A stretch of DNA of 64,000 bases from Catajapyx aquilonaris (lineage: Eukaryota): positions 1 through 64,000 of the forward strand of contig KZ538165.1 of the NCBI GenBank assembly GCA_000934665.2. The letters run 5' to 3'. Each line of letters begins with the position of its first letter. Positions within the stretch are counted from its first letter, which is position 1. The notes beneath the pieces were generated by a model. It was not told the DNA's origin and did no database searches. It was given only the letters and a program-made list of their open reading frames with translations. The position numbers and the translations under genes are program-made. Shown here piece after piece: positions 10,085 through 23,149 of this stretch.

Positions 10085-13059
10085 TATAAAAATAAATTTG
10101 ATCATACCAGCATGAGAATGCTCTGAGAAGTCATGTACTGCTCGCCTATATTTCAATAATGTTAAGTCCACATTAAAATGGTAATGCTCCTTTACAAGGA
10201 CACACCTCAAAGTCCTAGTTGAGAGACATTAACATAACCAATTAAGCCACGTACAAGGACTGCCTGCCTTGGAAATGAGCTACATACAGCCTGGCTTTTA
10301 AAAAGCAGAGGTAGTACATCTCTTGAATAGATTGTTGTATTTTTCATATGGGGATCAAAAGTGGCATGAAAATATGATTGTAGGCATAAACATGGGCTGC
10401 AAAAATTAACCACGTCTAATCAGGAGACGGTGTTTAGGTCCTGACAGATGAGCTTTCAACTCTCGGCTTGAAAATGCTCCATATGGCGGTCCCATATGGC
10501 ATCTTCATTTTAAGAAACAAAGGGTGTGTGTTGCAGTGTAAGGATGAAATAACAAAATTCAATGCCGCAGTAGTGGCAGTACCTAACTACAAGTCTTTCT
10601 TTAGTAATTTTGCTTAACTGCCATGCACATAAATGTGCCACAACAACCAGTTACCACATGACAAATCATCATGCGCTTGTTCACTATCCCTGAACATGCT
10701 GCATTTCACGGAAACAATGAACGGTAAAATAACTACACCAAGTCTTACCACGACAATGGTAGCGATATCCCTGCCGATATCCCGTAGCTTCAAGACTCCT
10801 TGCATACAGTGTACTGGTTGGTATCCACGTCACGTAATTGGAGAAACCAGTGGCAGCTGGGTCATTACCACTTGCAGACTTCCGCCACAATAACAACTGA
10901 ATGAAGTGATTACACCGTCCGGATTGCCATGTTCACGACGCCGTCCTAGGGTGCGTTTTAAAACCCCATCCACTGGCGTGAACCTTGAAGAGGAGCTACA
11001 ATGACGCACAATGACTTGTCTTTAGAGGGGCGTGGCCTAATGGTGTCCTTTCCTCTACAGGACAGGCCACGTTGGGTCCGCGGAAACAAGCTCCCGTCTG
11101 AAAAGGAGTGATATAAAATCATGAAAATAAATACGAAGTTTAAATAGACATTTTGAAAGGGTTGTGGCTGGTTGTGTTGTGGCGCGTTGTGTTGTGGCAT
11201 GAGCACAAAATTTACAATATCACGCACGGCATGTATGGTACATGCGTGTCAAGGTGTAAAAAAGAAATTTATATGATTTATTCGGTTTTATTACGCGAAT
11301 AAGCATTAGTTTTTTAAATAATCTGTGTGCAATGTTCATTATCACCTCATTTTTACCTTATATTAAAGTTGACATCACACGGTTGATATAAAATATTAAC
11401 GACCATATTAATGCGCATGCGTCTAATCAAGGTCTAATACATGCGATGTGAAATTATGTCATTTGATCGTTTACCCGTTCCAGTCTAAGGTTCCCAAGGA
11501 AGGTTCCAGTATCCAGTACGGTCAATCTCCGACTCGATTGGTGGTTGGGTTGAATCATGTCATCTGATTGGACACTAGCAAAACCTGGTGGAATTAAATT
11601 TGAATTTCAATATTTAAACTCATATATTTTAAATTACAGCCTTGCGTAGCCTTACGCTAGAAATAAAATGTGTTGTTGTTAAATTGACGCAAAAAAACTG
11701 GCTCCTATTGGTCCAGAGGTTTGGACACCATTTCAAAATGCTCGAATGTGGTTCTAATCGTTAAAGGTTTGCAAATCTTGCGTGTTTTTAAATCGAATTT
11801 GCGACATTTGCGACTCAGAATTTGCAAATGCCCTTCGCTCTGTCCCCCAGGGGAACAGGGGCGTATTTCGTTACCTCTATAGGTAACAATTTGGAACAGC
11901 CAACAGCAACAATAAGGCGTCAACAATCGGTCAGTTTGTCGTCCGAAACGTCATAAACCTTCGCGAACAGACGGAGTGGGATGGACGGCAGCGAGGAACA
12001 AAGGGAAACGGTTCCCCGGAGGGAGAATATTGTTCCCCCATCGTCGCGCAGGTTATATTGTAGTGGGTAGGCTATTGAGACGCCGGACAACACTGCTGAA
12101 ACCAAGAAAGTCATGCCGCCACCAGAAAGTCACCCCATGCCCATCCAAGTCATCGCCATTCCTGTCCATCTGGGAGAAAATGTTGTCATGAAGCATATCA
12201 TAAATTTGATTGAAGATTTGTCCATGAGGTAGTGTCTCATCGGTTACCGTTGTTGATAGAGGCACTGATAACTAGTAGGAGGTAGTAGGAGGAAAAACCT
12301 AATATATATACTATAATAATTAAATATCCAATTTTCTGTGCCATCTTTTGTTGAATATGTGACAACAGTGCATCCCTTCCATTGAAAAGACGAATGAGTG
12401 CCCCCCAATATCCCTTCATAGAAAGGTCGGAAGACTCCGAACCACTTCTTCTGATTATCCACGGTCAGCACTGCACTGAGGGGAACGGGAAAAAGGGTGT
12501 GGGCATAACGGCATAATAGACTGGTAGCAATATCTGAAAAGGTGTCTCCTTCTGATGGTTATAGAAGCAAAATCGGAAACAAGTTGCTAACAAGCCTTTT
12601 AAGACTAATTCGACCACGCTGATTTCGAAAATCGCTGTTAGCACTCTGAATTTTGGGTCCTTGTTCCCCCAAAACAAGATGGCGTCCAAGATTACGACAT
12701 TTCCCAAAATTACAACGTTTTAGCGTGTTTTACCCTATAAATATCTCAAGCGAGGTATGGTTTTAGGGATTTTCTGGGTCGCTAAGATGAGCCATGGGTG
12801 ACCCAAGGCCCTATGACGTCATCAGAGTCCGTAAATTTGAAATTACGGGTACTGTTGCGAATTTTAAAGGTCTTGCTTATAATATAACACATCATAAGGC
12901 TGCCACAGATTACGTTCCGACTAGCAATATTTTAATTCATTGTGACAAATGCATAGTCAAAGGATTGTAACCATCAGACACGTCCAGTAATTACCAGCCC
13001 GCCAAGCATTGTATATACCTGTGTATCTTTTCTACCTGTGCGTGTACAGTACCTGTGCA

Positions 13060-13885
13060 CAGGGTTCGGAAACTTGGCGTGCCTTCGCTTTTTTTGGGAA
13101 TGGTAGAGGGGTTCTATGCGATCATTTTAAGGGTAGGTAATCGTGGGTCTCCGAAGTATAGTTACCGAAATAATTAGCATTAAATAAAAAGTGCGTTATA
13201 GCATATCTTCTATGCCTCGGATACAGATTACGACGCTTCCATCGCCTAGGCCCTTGCCTGCTACACCTAATGGGATCGTAACTTAAAATTATACTACATG
13301 GTAATACTTCACGATTAAAATATTTAACCTATCCTTCAATCAACTGATTCGATCCTAAGTTACTAAAGGCTGATTCAGAAACTCTGGGTGTCAGTTGTGA
13401 TTAGAATGTGAGTAAATTGCGAGTCCTCCCCGACATGTTTGCATATGGATAGTCAGTATTGTCCGGATCGCTCCTATTTTCCCAGGTAACTTGGTTTTGA
13501 TGCAACCATAATCTCTAAGCTAGCCTGATTATTCAAGTACATCCATACAATTTCACCATTTTTTTCGTTGTAAATAGGCCAATGTTTAAAATTGAACATC
13601 TCGGGAACGAAGGGATTTAGCATGGACTATCCAAGCTGCTGGTAACTCATTTTTTGACATTTTCGAAGAGCCTAGTTTTGATAATGACCTACCGTACTCA
13701 ATTCCCCCCCCCNCCCCCCCCCCGACGCGAGGGGCCAACAAATCAAAAAATAGTATGTTACAGCCGAAGTGATGTGAAAATAAGTCTGTTATATCAGGAA
13801 TAAAAATACACAGGGCCTTATGGAAGAATGCCAGGACCAGCCTTTCGAGTTGTAGCCGATGCTGTTATATCCGGAGTCAACTGTA
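13060..13885 (+). mobile_element. Dispersed repeat, Tc1/mariner-like end (CAGGGTTCGG); same family as 62271-62683
   Basis: Shared blocks ataattagcattaaataaaaagtgc, cttccatcgcctagg, aaaatacacagggccttatggaag and tgttatatccggagtcaactgta in both copies. Confidence 0.7.
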
Positions 13886-14682
13886 TTATGTCCCCTAAAA
13901 CGAGGTTTTAAACCGATATGGGACAATTCAATATTTAAACCCACTTTAAAAATAATCTCACTTTGCCAACTGATCCCTCTACATTTTTCAGCTTTCCTTG
14001 CCATTTAGGCTAGGCTATGGTCTTTTAAAATCACACTGAAATAAAATTAACCATAGGTTCAAGTTCATGAAATCGTACGGATTCATCCAATTCGTCTCGT
14101 ACTGTTTTCAAGGTAGACATTCCATAATAATATTTTAACGTATTTCATAATTAAATTAGCCTCACAGTTGTTGCCCGCTGGTTTACTTGAATTTCGAGTT
14201 TTACGGCAATATTCTACACGAGGAAAATAATTGTTTCCAGCACAATGTGCAGATTTCAGATCATGATCCCGTTTGGGTGGTTCCATTTCAGATCAGCCAG
14301 TGAGTGGAAAAAGGTGTCAGGTCATAGTCATCGATTTTTTTTGAAAAAAATATATGTGAAACCCACATCCAATTGAACTCTTATGGAGCAATCCGTTTTA
14401 CCAGATTAAATTTAGTTATCAAGATAATTAATATTAATATTTCTTTGAAGGGGTACCAAAATCACAATCACGCGAAGACGCACTTTTTCCCGCGTTTTCC
14501 ATTGCTTTCAATGAGGATATCTCGGGAACTGTTCTGAGAACCTACATGAAATTTTAAACTCATGCTTTTGGAATAACACACTGTCATTTAATGCATAAAT
14601 TTACTCTATTTAATGGTACAGTCACCTGCAAAAAAAATCACCAATCTTGCATATTTTGGTCAAAATGCGCATATTTCGCAAT

Positions 14683-15040
14683 TTTTTTACGATACCCCGT
14701 GCTAGGGCCATGGGCCCTTTTAGGGGGGTGGATTACCGCCATTTTCCTACAATTTTCTTATTATTTTCTTCTAACACCGGTGCAAGGATGAAAGGACAAG
14801 AGGTAAGGATAGGGATTTTCGGGGAGGAAACATGGGTGCAAGTGCACGTCTGAAAACGGGTCATGCGCTGTTCCCCAGGAGGTTAGGTTGCCAGACACCT
14901 CCTTGGTGCAGGTCAGAGACTCTCCTGACGCAGGTGAAAGACCCTCCTGACGCAGGTGAAAGGAAAGTTCCCCAGGCGGGGATCGAACCTGGGGCCTTTC
15001 ACTCAGCAAGCCGTGACGTTACCATCACGGCCACCACACC
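14683..15040 (-). mobile_element. tRNA-derived SINE family A (copy 1)
   Basis: Minus strand GGTGGCCGTGATGGTAACG (A box)...GGTTCGATCC (B box); body nearly identical to 24494-24832; internal tandem duplication of ctcctgacgcaggtgaaag. Confidence 0.88.
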
Positions 15041-15625
15041 TCCAAGGGGTGTTATCAAAACCGGGCTTGGTGAAACCGGTCCTAAGTTATCTTAGATGCA
15101 ACAGTGACCAAAGTAACCGGCAGTTAACTACTGAAAGCACCTCATTTGTTATTGCTTGCAATATATTTTTTTTATCATCTTTTATTACCCCTTGATACAA
15201 CTTACTATTGTTTGCAATATACACGTATATATGTGCCTGCTGGCATATTGGCAGCGTTGCATTTATTTATGCAGGTGGCTCGTTAAATAATAATTTATGT
15301 AGGATGATGGCATTTTCGGTGGCTATCATGGCCTACTCTCCGATAAACACATTTCATGACGTTGTCAACAGATGACGCGTACGTGGAGGGAACCCGGTCA
15401 AATTCAAGTGGACACCGCCTTGTAATAATTACCATTCCTTTTTATTATATTACCAAATGGCTATGGAAACGTGTCCTGCCAGCACGTAGCCTCAGAGCAT
15501 GGTCTTGTTGGACTATTTGTAGTCAAAAGTAGCTCATCTTTCATAATTATGCAATGTGTATGGCATTGTTAAACCCGCCCATGGCATTTATTCCGCCAAA
15601 ATCGCAGTCACTCTGAAGAAATTGA

Positions 15626-16355
15626 AGCGATGAGTGCAGAAACCCCATAAGTCACATTTTTGGCGAAATTGAGTTATGGCCGGAAATGGACACACAACAT
15701 CCTTATCTATCGAGTATATGCAGAAACCACACAAGAACGTGAGGGGAAAGTCCAGAAAATGACCCAGTGAGTTCAGAGTAGTCTACTCCACGTATGGGAT
15801 TTCTGCATTCATGCATCATGGCATATGATGGCCAGAGGCAAAATAGAGGGTGCTAGCTTAGTCTAAGAGTGCAGTTTATTGCTTTATTATTTTGTATTGG
15901 TGTATTTTGTTGCATTAAATAAATAGGAAGTAAGTAGCTGTAGGGCCATAAGCCTGGGTCAGCCCCACAATCTTCAAAAAAGAAAAGTGATGAAACTGAA
16001 GATGAGAAGGGGTCAGAAGGAACTGAATTGTCAGTGGAACTCGGAAAAGAGTGTCATTGTGTAATGAAAATAAAGCCAAAATTGTTTAAAAAGTAGAGAA
16101 TTTTGGTCTTCATTTATCCCGTCAAGAGCGATGAGTGCTGAAACCCCACAAATCCATGACTTTTAACAAAACCCTACAGAGACCCATTGTCACATAATTT
16201 GTTTAAACCAGGACGAAAGTATTGCCTTTGCATGTGTGTTACGTAAAAAAAAAATCCATTGCATACAACAGTGGTATCGTGAACTAATAGGTCGTTTTAT
16301 GTCTCTCCTGAAAAATTTACTTCCATGGACTTATGGGATTTCAGCACTCATCGCT
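15626..16355. mobile_element. Unclassified non-autonomous DNA transposon
   Basis: agcgatgagtgcagaaaccccataagtc (15626) is inverted at gacttatgggatttcagcactcatcgct (16328-16355); further copies of the motif at ~15790 and ~16127. Confidence 0.65.
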
Positions 16356-17569
16356 TACTACTGAGTCATACTGTTGTTATTATGTCAATATGTAATGGTC
16401 AATATCGAGATTACAAATATTTAATTGCCTTCAGAAAGATCTACCTGCACAGTAATGTTAAATAGTGACAAATAGAGCCACTCTCATTCGGTTGCAAAAT
16501 ACGAAGCAAGCTATCGAAATGGCATCGCACAAACATGAGTTTCCCAACCACTGCAATTTTCATGCCCATTAGATTGGCCACAGCGAGCTGGTCACCATGT
16601 CCTTGAAAAAGGTATTTGATTTACCTATTGCTCCGGACATTTTACAAGGTCACATCTTGTTCACTTCTTGTGTGCACATAGGTGACTAACATTATCACAT
16701 TATGAAACCTGAGCATTGTAATTATATTCTAATTTGGTACAGTACTAGTTAATAGACTGTATTTTTATACGGAAGGGTGCTAATAGACATTTAGGCTTGT
16801 TTCACAATTGCCGGGGGTTTGCCTTTAGCATTGAGTACCTTGACGCAAAAACTGGGTCTGTTAGTTGACCTGGTTTTACCAATGTTTAGGGAAAAGAAGC
16901 ATCAACCTTGACCCTGCTTGACATAACTAGAACCAAGGTCTTGGCTAGAACGGAAACACATAATTATATGCACATGCGTTCATAATGCAAGTTGCGCGTT
17001 TAACATCAATCGATGCGTGGGTGCAACCAGCATAAGTTAACTGCTTACCAGACAAGTACAAACAAAATAAAGGCACAGGTTGTCCCTACCTTGAGAATTG
17101 CAGCTCTCGTAGGTTTTTCTAACACTTACTTCAACCCTGATGGTCGTCTGAATCTGATTGGTCACATAGATGACATCTTCAATAATATCACGATACACGA
17201 TTTATTTTCCCTAAAAATTATGCAGAATGAACGTAACCACTATACAAATATCTTTCCTCTTCAGATAACCGATAACCACCACACGAGGCATTTCACATAT
17301 GCAACTTGTGATTATTTTAACTGCTGCCCCATTGTGCTGTACCGCGTACTCCTTTCCCACAATGCATTTGTACGCCTCATGCTCACAAAACGGGTGTCTT
17401 TCCATTACCATCATCAGTCTGAAAGATTCCTTGACCAAGCAGGGTCAACTTGGGGCCATTGGGCAGTGAGAAGGTTAAGTGGGTTCTCATAGTCAGTCTG
17501 TGCCGCTTACTATACGTGGTAGTGCTATATGCTGAACATTTTAACATATCATTTTAGTTATGCATTCAG

Positions 17570-18437
17570 GCGACGATCATATTTCATCCGCCGAAGAAGC
17601 CCGCGAAACTCCGCCTGAGCTACGTCCCCTTCCGTAAGTACTAATTTTCCGTGCACATTTGAACCCCATTTTAATATTCGTTTTTCAACCACCGAACAGG
17701 ACGGTATGGAACAAGTGCTCGGTGTGCGATTTAATGTTCGAGGTAGGCAGTACTGCGTTTAAGCGATTTGTCAATGTGTGATAAAATATATTTTTAGACT
17801 ACAGACAAGACTCGAGATGCATGCGACGCGTGCGTGGGCGGCACCTACGAAGGTACAGTGTGTTAATCCAGTCTATAAGGAATGTGACCCAAGTCCACTT
17901 TCAGATCCGAACCGTCCGGAGCCCCCACCCCATGTGCTGAGACCTAGCCGTCGGCGCCACGATGCAGGAGGACCAACGGTGGCCGTAGAAGAAGTTCCGG
18001 AGAGTCTGATGTTCGACAAGGAAGCGACATTGGCAGTTTCGCTAGATAGCAGCCCAGAGCTGGAGAAGGTCCAAGAAATGAAGCCGCCAGAACCCAAGTT
18101 TCTTTCCCGTGCCTGTAGTGCCATGGACCCGACACCGGAGGCTGGCAGTGAAGCGGGTCGGCTGCCTAGGAGGTCATCAGCCCCTGGTTGGCTGGAAGGA
18201 ACAGGAGGTTCAGCTGCAGTCGTTGAACCCGCAGTGGCTTCTGGTCTTGAGGATAGTCCTCCGACTACGGAGAGTAGCAAAAGCGAGTACAGGAGCAGCA
18301 CTCCAAGCAGCACTACTCGAAGTTCTTCGATTGAACTACCTAGCTCTGGAGCGGAAGCCAACGAAAAGGATGATGAGATGGGCGAAGACAAACAGGCAGA
18401 GTTAGGATGTGGACCGAACTGCCTGCCTGGTTTTTAA
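17570..18437 (+). pseudogene. Small spliced gene or pseudogene: exons ~17570-17633, 17700-17742, 17804-17852, 17905-18437; C-x2-C zinc-finger-like motif then a Ser/Glu/Pro-rich tail; 5' end not found
   Basis: Canonical gt..ag introns of 52-66 bp; spliced translation ...ETPPELRPLPTVWNKCSVCDLMFETRLEMHA...; ORF 17778-18437 is open; AATAAA at ~18527. Confidence 0.5.
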
Positions 18438-19524
18438 TCTGACCTCAAAAGGATGGTTTTTCAAAACGTTTTAACCAGCTGGTTTGTGTAGACACATTTT
18501 CCATTTTCATGACAAATTTTTATGGAATAAAGATGAACAGAACTGATTTTTTTCTGGTTTTTCCCGCATACTTTTAAGGAAAAGACATTATATTCTTATG
18601 AAGACAACGACATTCGTTGCACAGCCTCACCTTCCCCACGTGTTGCTAATACTTTAATGGGAGTGATCTGCTTGAAAAATGATTCCTGGTGTTAAATTGG
18701 GCGTTATCAGAAATTCTGCAAAAAAACAACTGTAGTCCGGTAAACATGTGTCACAACATTTATTGCTTAAAAAGTGCCAAGTATGTAACAATATCTCATA
18801 GTGATGTACAGTACGTATATGCTACTATAGAGTTCACGCGTCCCGAGTTACGATCTGCGGGAGGAGAAATTATTGTGCCGAAAAGTTGACAATATATACT
18901 ATTGCACTTGGGAATACACTGTCTGCTTTAGATATCGAACTGGAACGGTATAGCAATGGACAATACGTCAACTGCCAAGGAGTTCAACCACATCGTGAAT
19001 AATAGGGCATTTCCATGCTGAATGGCCAAGGCTCGGTTACCCTGCATTTTACCATTTGTATGCAAGTTGTCAGCTACACATTCTTCTGGCAATATAACTA
19101 TAGTAGGTGAGGATATTTTTAAATGTTAAGAGGTCAATAGTGATAAAAAATCAAATAAAATCAGCTCATTATATTATTAATTTATTACTTATTTATGTCT
19201 GAGGATGAGGCAGGGTTGATTAGGTGCAAGGGTGGTGCCATACACGTTGCGTCGGCATGGTCAGGGCGTCCGGAGTAGTGGCTGGGAGCGAGGGGGGGGG
19301 GGAACTTGATTTCGCAAAGTACCGCGTTGCATAGTGTAGGCCTACTGTTCAAATTTAATATTGAGTGTTTAATATTTAATATTCAGTACACATCATGTGC
19401 AGAACTACAAGGTTGGCAAATATCTCTTGCACAGTAATGCATATAGGTAGACACCGGTAGTCATGCTCTCTCTCTCTCTCTCTCCCTCCCTCTCTCTCTC
19501 TCTGCTGCACAGAGAAATTCCAGA

Positions 19525-19735
19525 TGCTGATTCTTCTCACTAACCTGTAAATATTCTAGTCATTTGGAAGAATTTAATGGATAGTGGATAGGCCTACTGT
19601 TATTCCTCACAAACCTGTGAATATTCTACTGAACTGGAGGACTTGAACAAATAGTCTACAGCTGTTACTCCTCACTAACCGGCAAAATAATATTATAATC
19701 ACTTGGAGGAATTTAACAGTTGCTGATTCCTCTTT
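19525..19735. repeat. About three degenerate 60-75-bp tandem units, flanked by a duplicated ~75-bp segment (19291-19370 / 19736-19810)
   Basis: Recurring tcctcactaacc...aatatt...tggaggaatttaa; aagtaccgcgttgcatagtgta...aaatttaatattgagtgttt occurs twice. Confidence 0.6.
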
Positions 19736-19947
19736 CGGGGGGCGGGGGGCACTTGCTTTCTCAAGTACCGCGTTGCATAGTGTAATATTTAAATTTAATA
19801 TTGAGTGTTTGTCGTCTGAGATGGGCAGCAGGGGTGGGGGGCGGGACGGGTTGTTTATAGGTTTATTTTTACAAGTTTTAATTTAGTTCATGTTGGGTCA
19901 GCTTGTGGCTCCCGTCATCGCTGACTACCCCTTATAGGGAAATGTCG

Positions 19948-19998
<51 letters not shown>

Positions 19999-20005
19999 CG
20001 ACGAC
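19948..20005 (+). repeat. (GAT)n microsatellite, possibly a LINE tail
   Basis: Run of gatgatgat ending in gacgacgac. Confidence 0.8.
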
Positions 20006-20952
20006 ATCAAGGTGGCAAGTGTAAGTACAGGGTGGTACATGGACAATGTTCAGATCTGATTTGGTTTGGTTTCCAGTCTATTGAGGGAACCGATCTTAAT
20101 AAGTGACACATGAATGGTCAGTGAACGTCATTTTTTCTGCCTATATCCATGGCCTGATTTTTATTACTGATGCACTTGTTACCTGGTGTTATGTACTTGT
20201 GGATCTACTGTCATGCAATTAACTCGACATTTAGCGGACATTGATAAATATTATTGACAAAAATACAATGTCTACTGAATATTCACTTGAAGATGTTCAC
20301 TGAACATTGATATTGAACACTGGACATTCAGGACATTGACTGGACTTTTCTAGTTTTCTGAACGTTCGTGTGTTACTGGGGGAGGGAAATAGGTCCATAG
20401 GGCATGGGAACAGAATGAGTGCAGGAATAGTAACTTTATTACAGGAAAAGGTTCTTGCAGTAAATAATTTTTGTGTAAAAGGACAGATTGAGAAAGATTG
20501 GACGCCAAGTGACTGATTATATGCCATGACAAGGTGCTAGACCTTCGCATACGTACAGTACCTCATCAGTCCAAAAAGAATTGTCCCTCGCGTCGATTCG
20601 AATTCTTTTTGAACCGTTGATACAATATTTTTGTTAGACTTCTGCGAGAAATTGCTTTGCATTCTTATTGACTCGGAGTTTTTCTGGTCAATTGTGCGTA
20701 TCGAATTACCTGAAAATATCTGAGCATGCATGTAGTAGACTGTAGATGGCATTTTCGTTACCGTGCATGCGTGCTGCCATGACTGGCTGGAGGAAGAGCA
20801 GGATGGTCATGGATCGTGCTGTGTCATGTTTTAGTTATTTTCTCTCCTACACAAAACATTGTCAGCGGAGAACTCTTTCTCCTCTGAGGCATTGAGGTGC
20901 ATACAGATTTCTTTTTTTAAACTCCCATTTTGGTGTCACACTCAAAAGTTAT

Positions 20953-22005
20953 CCTTCTGAGACCTGGTGTCATCGTCATATGTCGACATCAGCAAAAAAA
21001 TAAAATAAAATAAAATAAAATGGCGCCAACTGGTGATGCCAACAGAACCGTAATTACGATCTGGCCTCAATAGGTGTAGCCGCCTATAGTGTCGAATATC
21101 TGACTTTGGCCCCAGAAATTAAATCACTTATGAAAATGGCGGATGACGCTGCTGAAGCTAGGCGCTCATCTGATAAGTTTGATTTTTTTTCCCTCACATT
21201 TAGAGTGTGATTTTCGTCAATGCAGAATGTCCTGGTATTCGCAAGGAATGTGTATTAGGAAATACGAAAAGATGCGTCTGTGACAATCTTTGTTGCTGTA
21301 GAGAACTGGTAATTTTCTTTTCTTCCTGAGACCAAATGCCCATTTAAATGGGCATCCAAAACAAATTTAATTTTAGCTGAATGGGCTGTGACTTTTCTTT
21401 AAGTGCCTGTACCTATACACCCACAAGGCAGTGTGCTTTGCACTATACAGTTTTAAAATCTAGAATAGTGATGTACCGGTACCATGCTAGGGGGCAAGAA
21501 AGGAAGGAGCAAGCCCCATGCCTGGAGTGGTGGGTAGTGGCATGCATTCAAAAATAATTTCATTTATCATTAATTGTCTTCTGAGGGTAATTGCTACCAC
21601 GAATTCCACAAATGAATTTAAAAAACATTGGGTGGAATTTTCGTCGTACTACTAGTTACTTTTAACTTAGCAGTAGGGCCTACTTGTGCCAGTGTAATGC
21701 AATATGGTACTGCTAAGTTAAAAGTAACTAGTAGTACGACGAAAATTCCACCCATTGTTTTGAGTAGAGCACTATGTTAGTGATCCATTAAGTGGTATTT
21801 AAATTTTCATCTTTAATCTGTTCCGCTTTTGTAGTGTCAGCAATTGGGTACCGTACTAATGTTCTCATTGGTTGTTTGTCATTATTTTGGTCAATATTAA
21901 TTTTTAAAACAATAATTTTTTTCTCGTTTCTTATTGGAAAAATGTTCAGAAAATGCAATAGGAACAAACATTTTGTTAAAAATTCTTCTCGGGTCTCAGG
22001 AGGAT
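20953..22005. mobile_element. Degenerate piggyBac-like non-autonomous element containing an internal hairpin at 21622-21761
   Basis: ttatccttctgagacctgg at the left end versus cgggtctcaggaggatataa at the right end; TTAA-like flanks are degraded. Confidence 0.5.
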
Positions 22006-22138
22006 ATAATAATTTCTTACCATTGATACCAAGGGGGTAACCACTCGACTGAAAAGTGTACACTGGTCCAGTACCAAAGTGTAAGGTACCTAAGGAGTAC
22101 CTGGGAGTACCACTGGCAGGTGTACACCAGAGTACTGA

Positions 22139-22174
22139 CAGGGAGCATATACTACATGTAGTATATGCTCCCTG
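22139..22174. mobile_element. 36-bp perfect-palindrome micro-MITE with 7-bp TSD, nested in a small IR element (~22033-22196)
   Basis: cagggagcatatactaca|tgtagtatatgctccctg flanked by gtactga (22132-22138, 22175-22181). Confidence 0.8.
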
Positions 22175-22734
22175 GTACTGAAGTGGTTACCCCCTTGATT
22201 GATACATCTGACATACGGTAGGCGCGTAGGCCTTTACATAAAGAGGCAAAAGTAGTCAAAATTCTGAGCTGGTTGAATGATTTGTGTTCTAGAGATTGAT
22301 GTCCATAAACATAACCATGTGTAATTTCAGTACCGGTAATTATTTTACATATTTATTACAGAAATAGGAGCACAAATGTCGGCATTATTACAGGTTATCC
22401 TTGTGCCTTCCCTCGCTAGGCAGGTGTGTGGTGTTAACTGAAACTTGAATGTCACTTGACTTTTGCAGTTCCTTCGGAGTGGGTATCTCTAGAAATAGCT
22501 ACCAGCAGTCGAGTTGTCTAACCAGCAGGGTATTTCCTATCATCCACATCCTGATAGCCACCAAAATGTAACTGCTGCAGGATGCATGCCAGAAACTCAC
22601 AAATGCTGCATCACAAAAAACAAAAGCAGCACCTATTGTGTGTTTTGACCGGTTTTGACTCATAGTCATGGCAGCGATGTGTTCATGTTTCAATTTTATT
22701 GTTATTTTTAATTGTTTCAATAAAAAATTTCTTG

Positions 22735-22776
<42 letters not shown>

Positions 22777-23105
22777 CCTCCCTCCCTCGCCTTTTTAAAA
22801 ATAGCGCAGTTGCTTTGACTTAAGCTACTCTTCAAACCTAAACTGAACATTACTTCTAGCCATGCAATCTCACAGGATACAAACTACTAGGGGTTGAAAA
22901 ACCATGGATATAACTATTATCACAGCAGTGATAGGGAACAAAATATTCACATAGTACACAAGAAAAACACTCCATTCCACATATGTTGCCCAGTTTGTTT
23001 TAATGATATACCCTTTGTCCTTTGTACAGTATACTTGCAAAATCTTGGTGTCTCTGACGTAGAACTGACCCTTCATGTGCTCCTGAAAAGGAATGTCAGA
23101 TTAAT

Positions 23106-23149
<44 letters not shown>

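Noticed and set aside
11900..12560. Cluster of overlapping short minus-strand ORFs
   Set aside because: Could not join them by credible splicing or recognise any motif; possibly decayed TE sequence
17873..18391. 172-aa minus-strand ORF with a hydrophobic stretch
   Set aside because: Antisense shadow of the Ser/Glu-rich plus ORF; splice signals and AATAAA favour the plus strand
19525..19735. Spaced repeats superficially like a CRISPR array
   Set aside because: Whole units are degenerate tandem copies with no unique spacers; eukaryotic context and no cas genes
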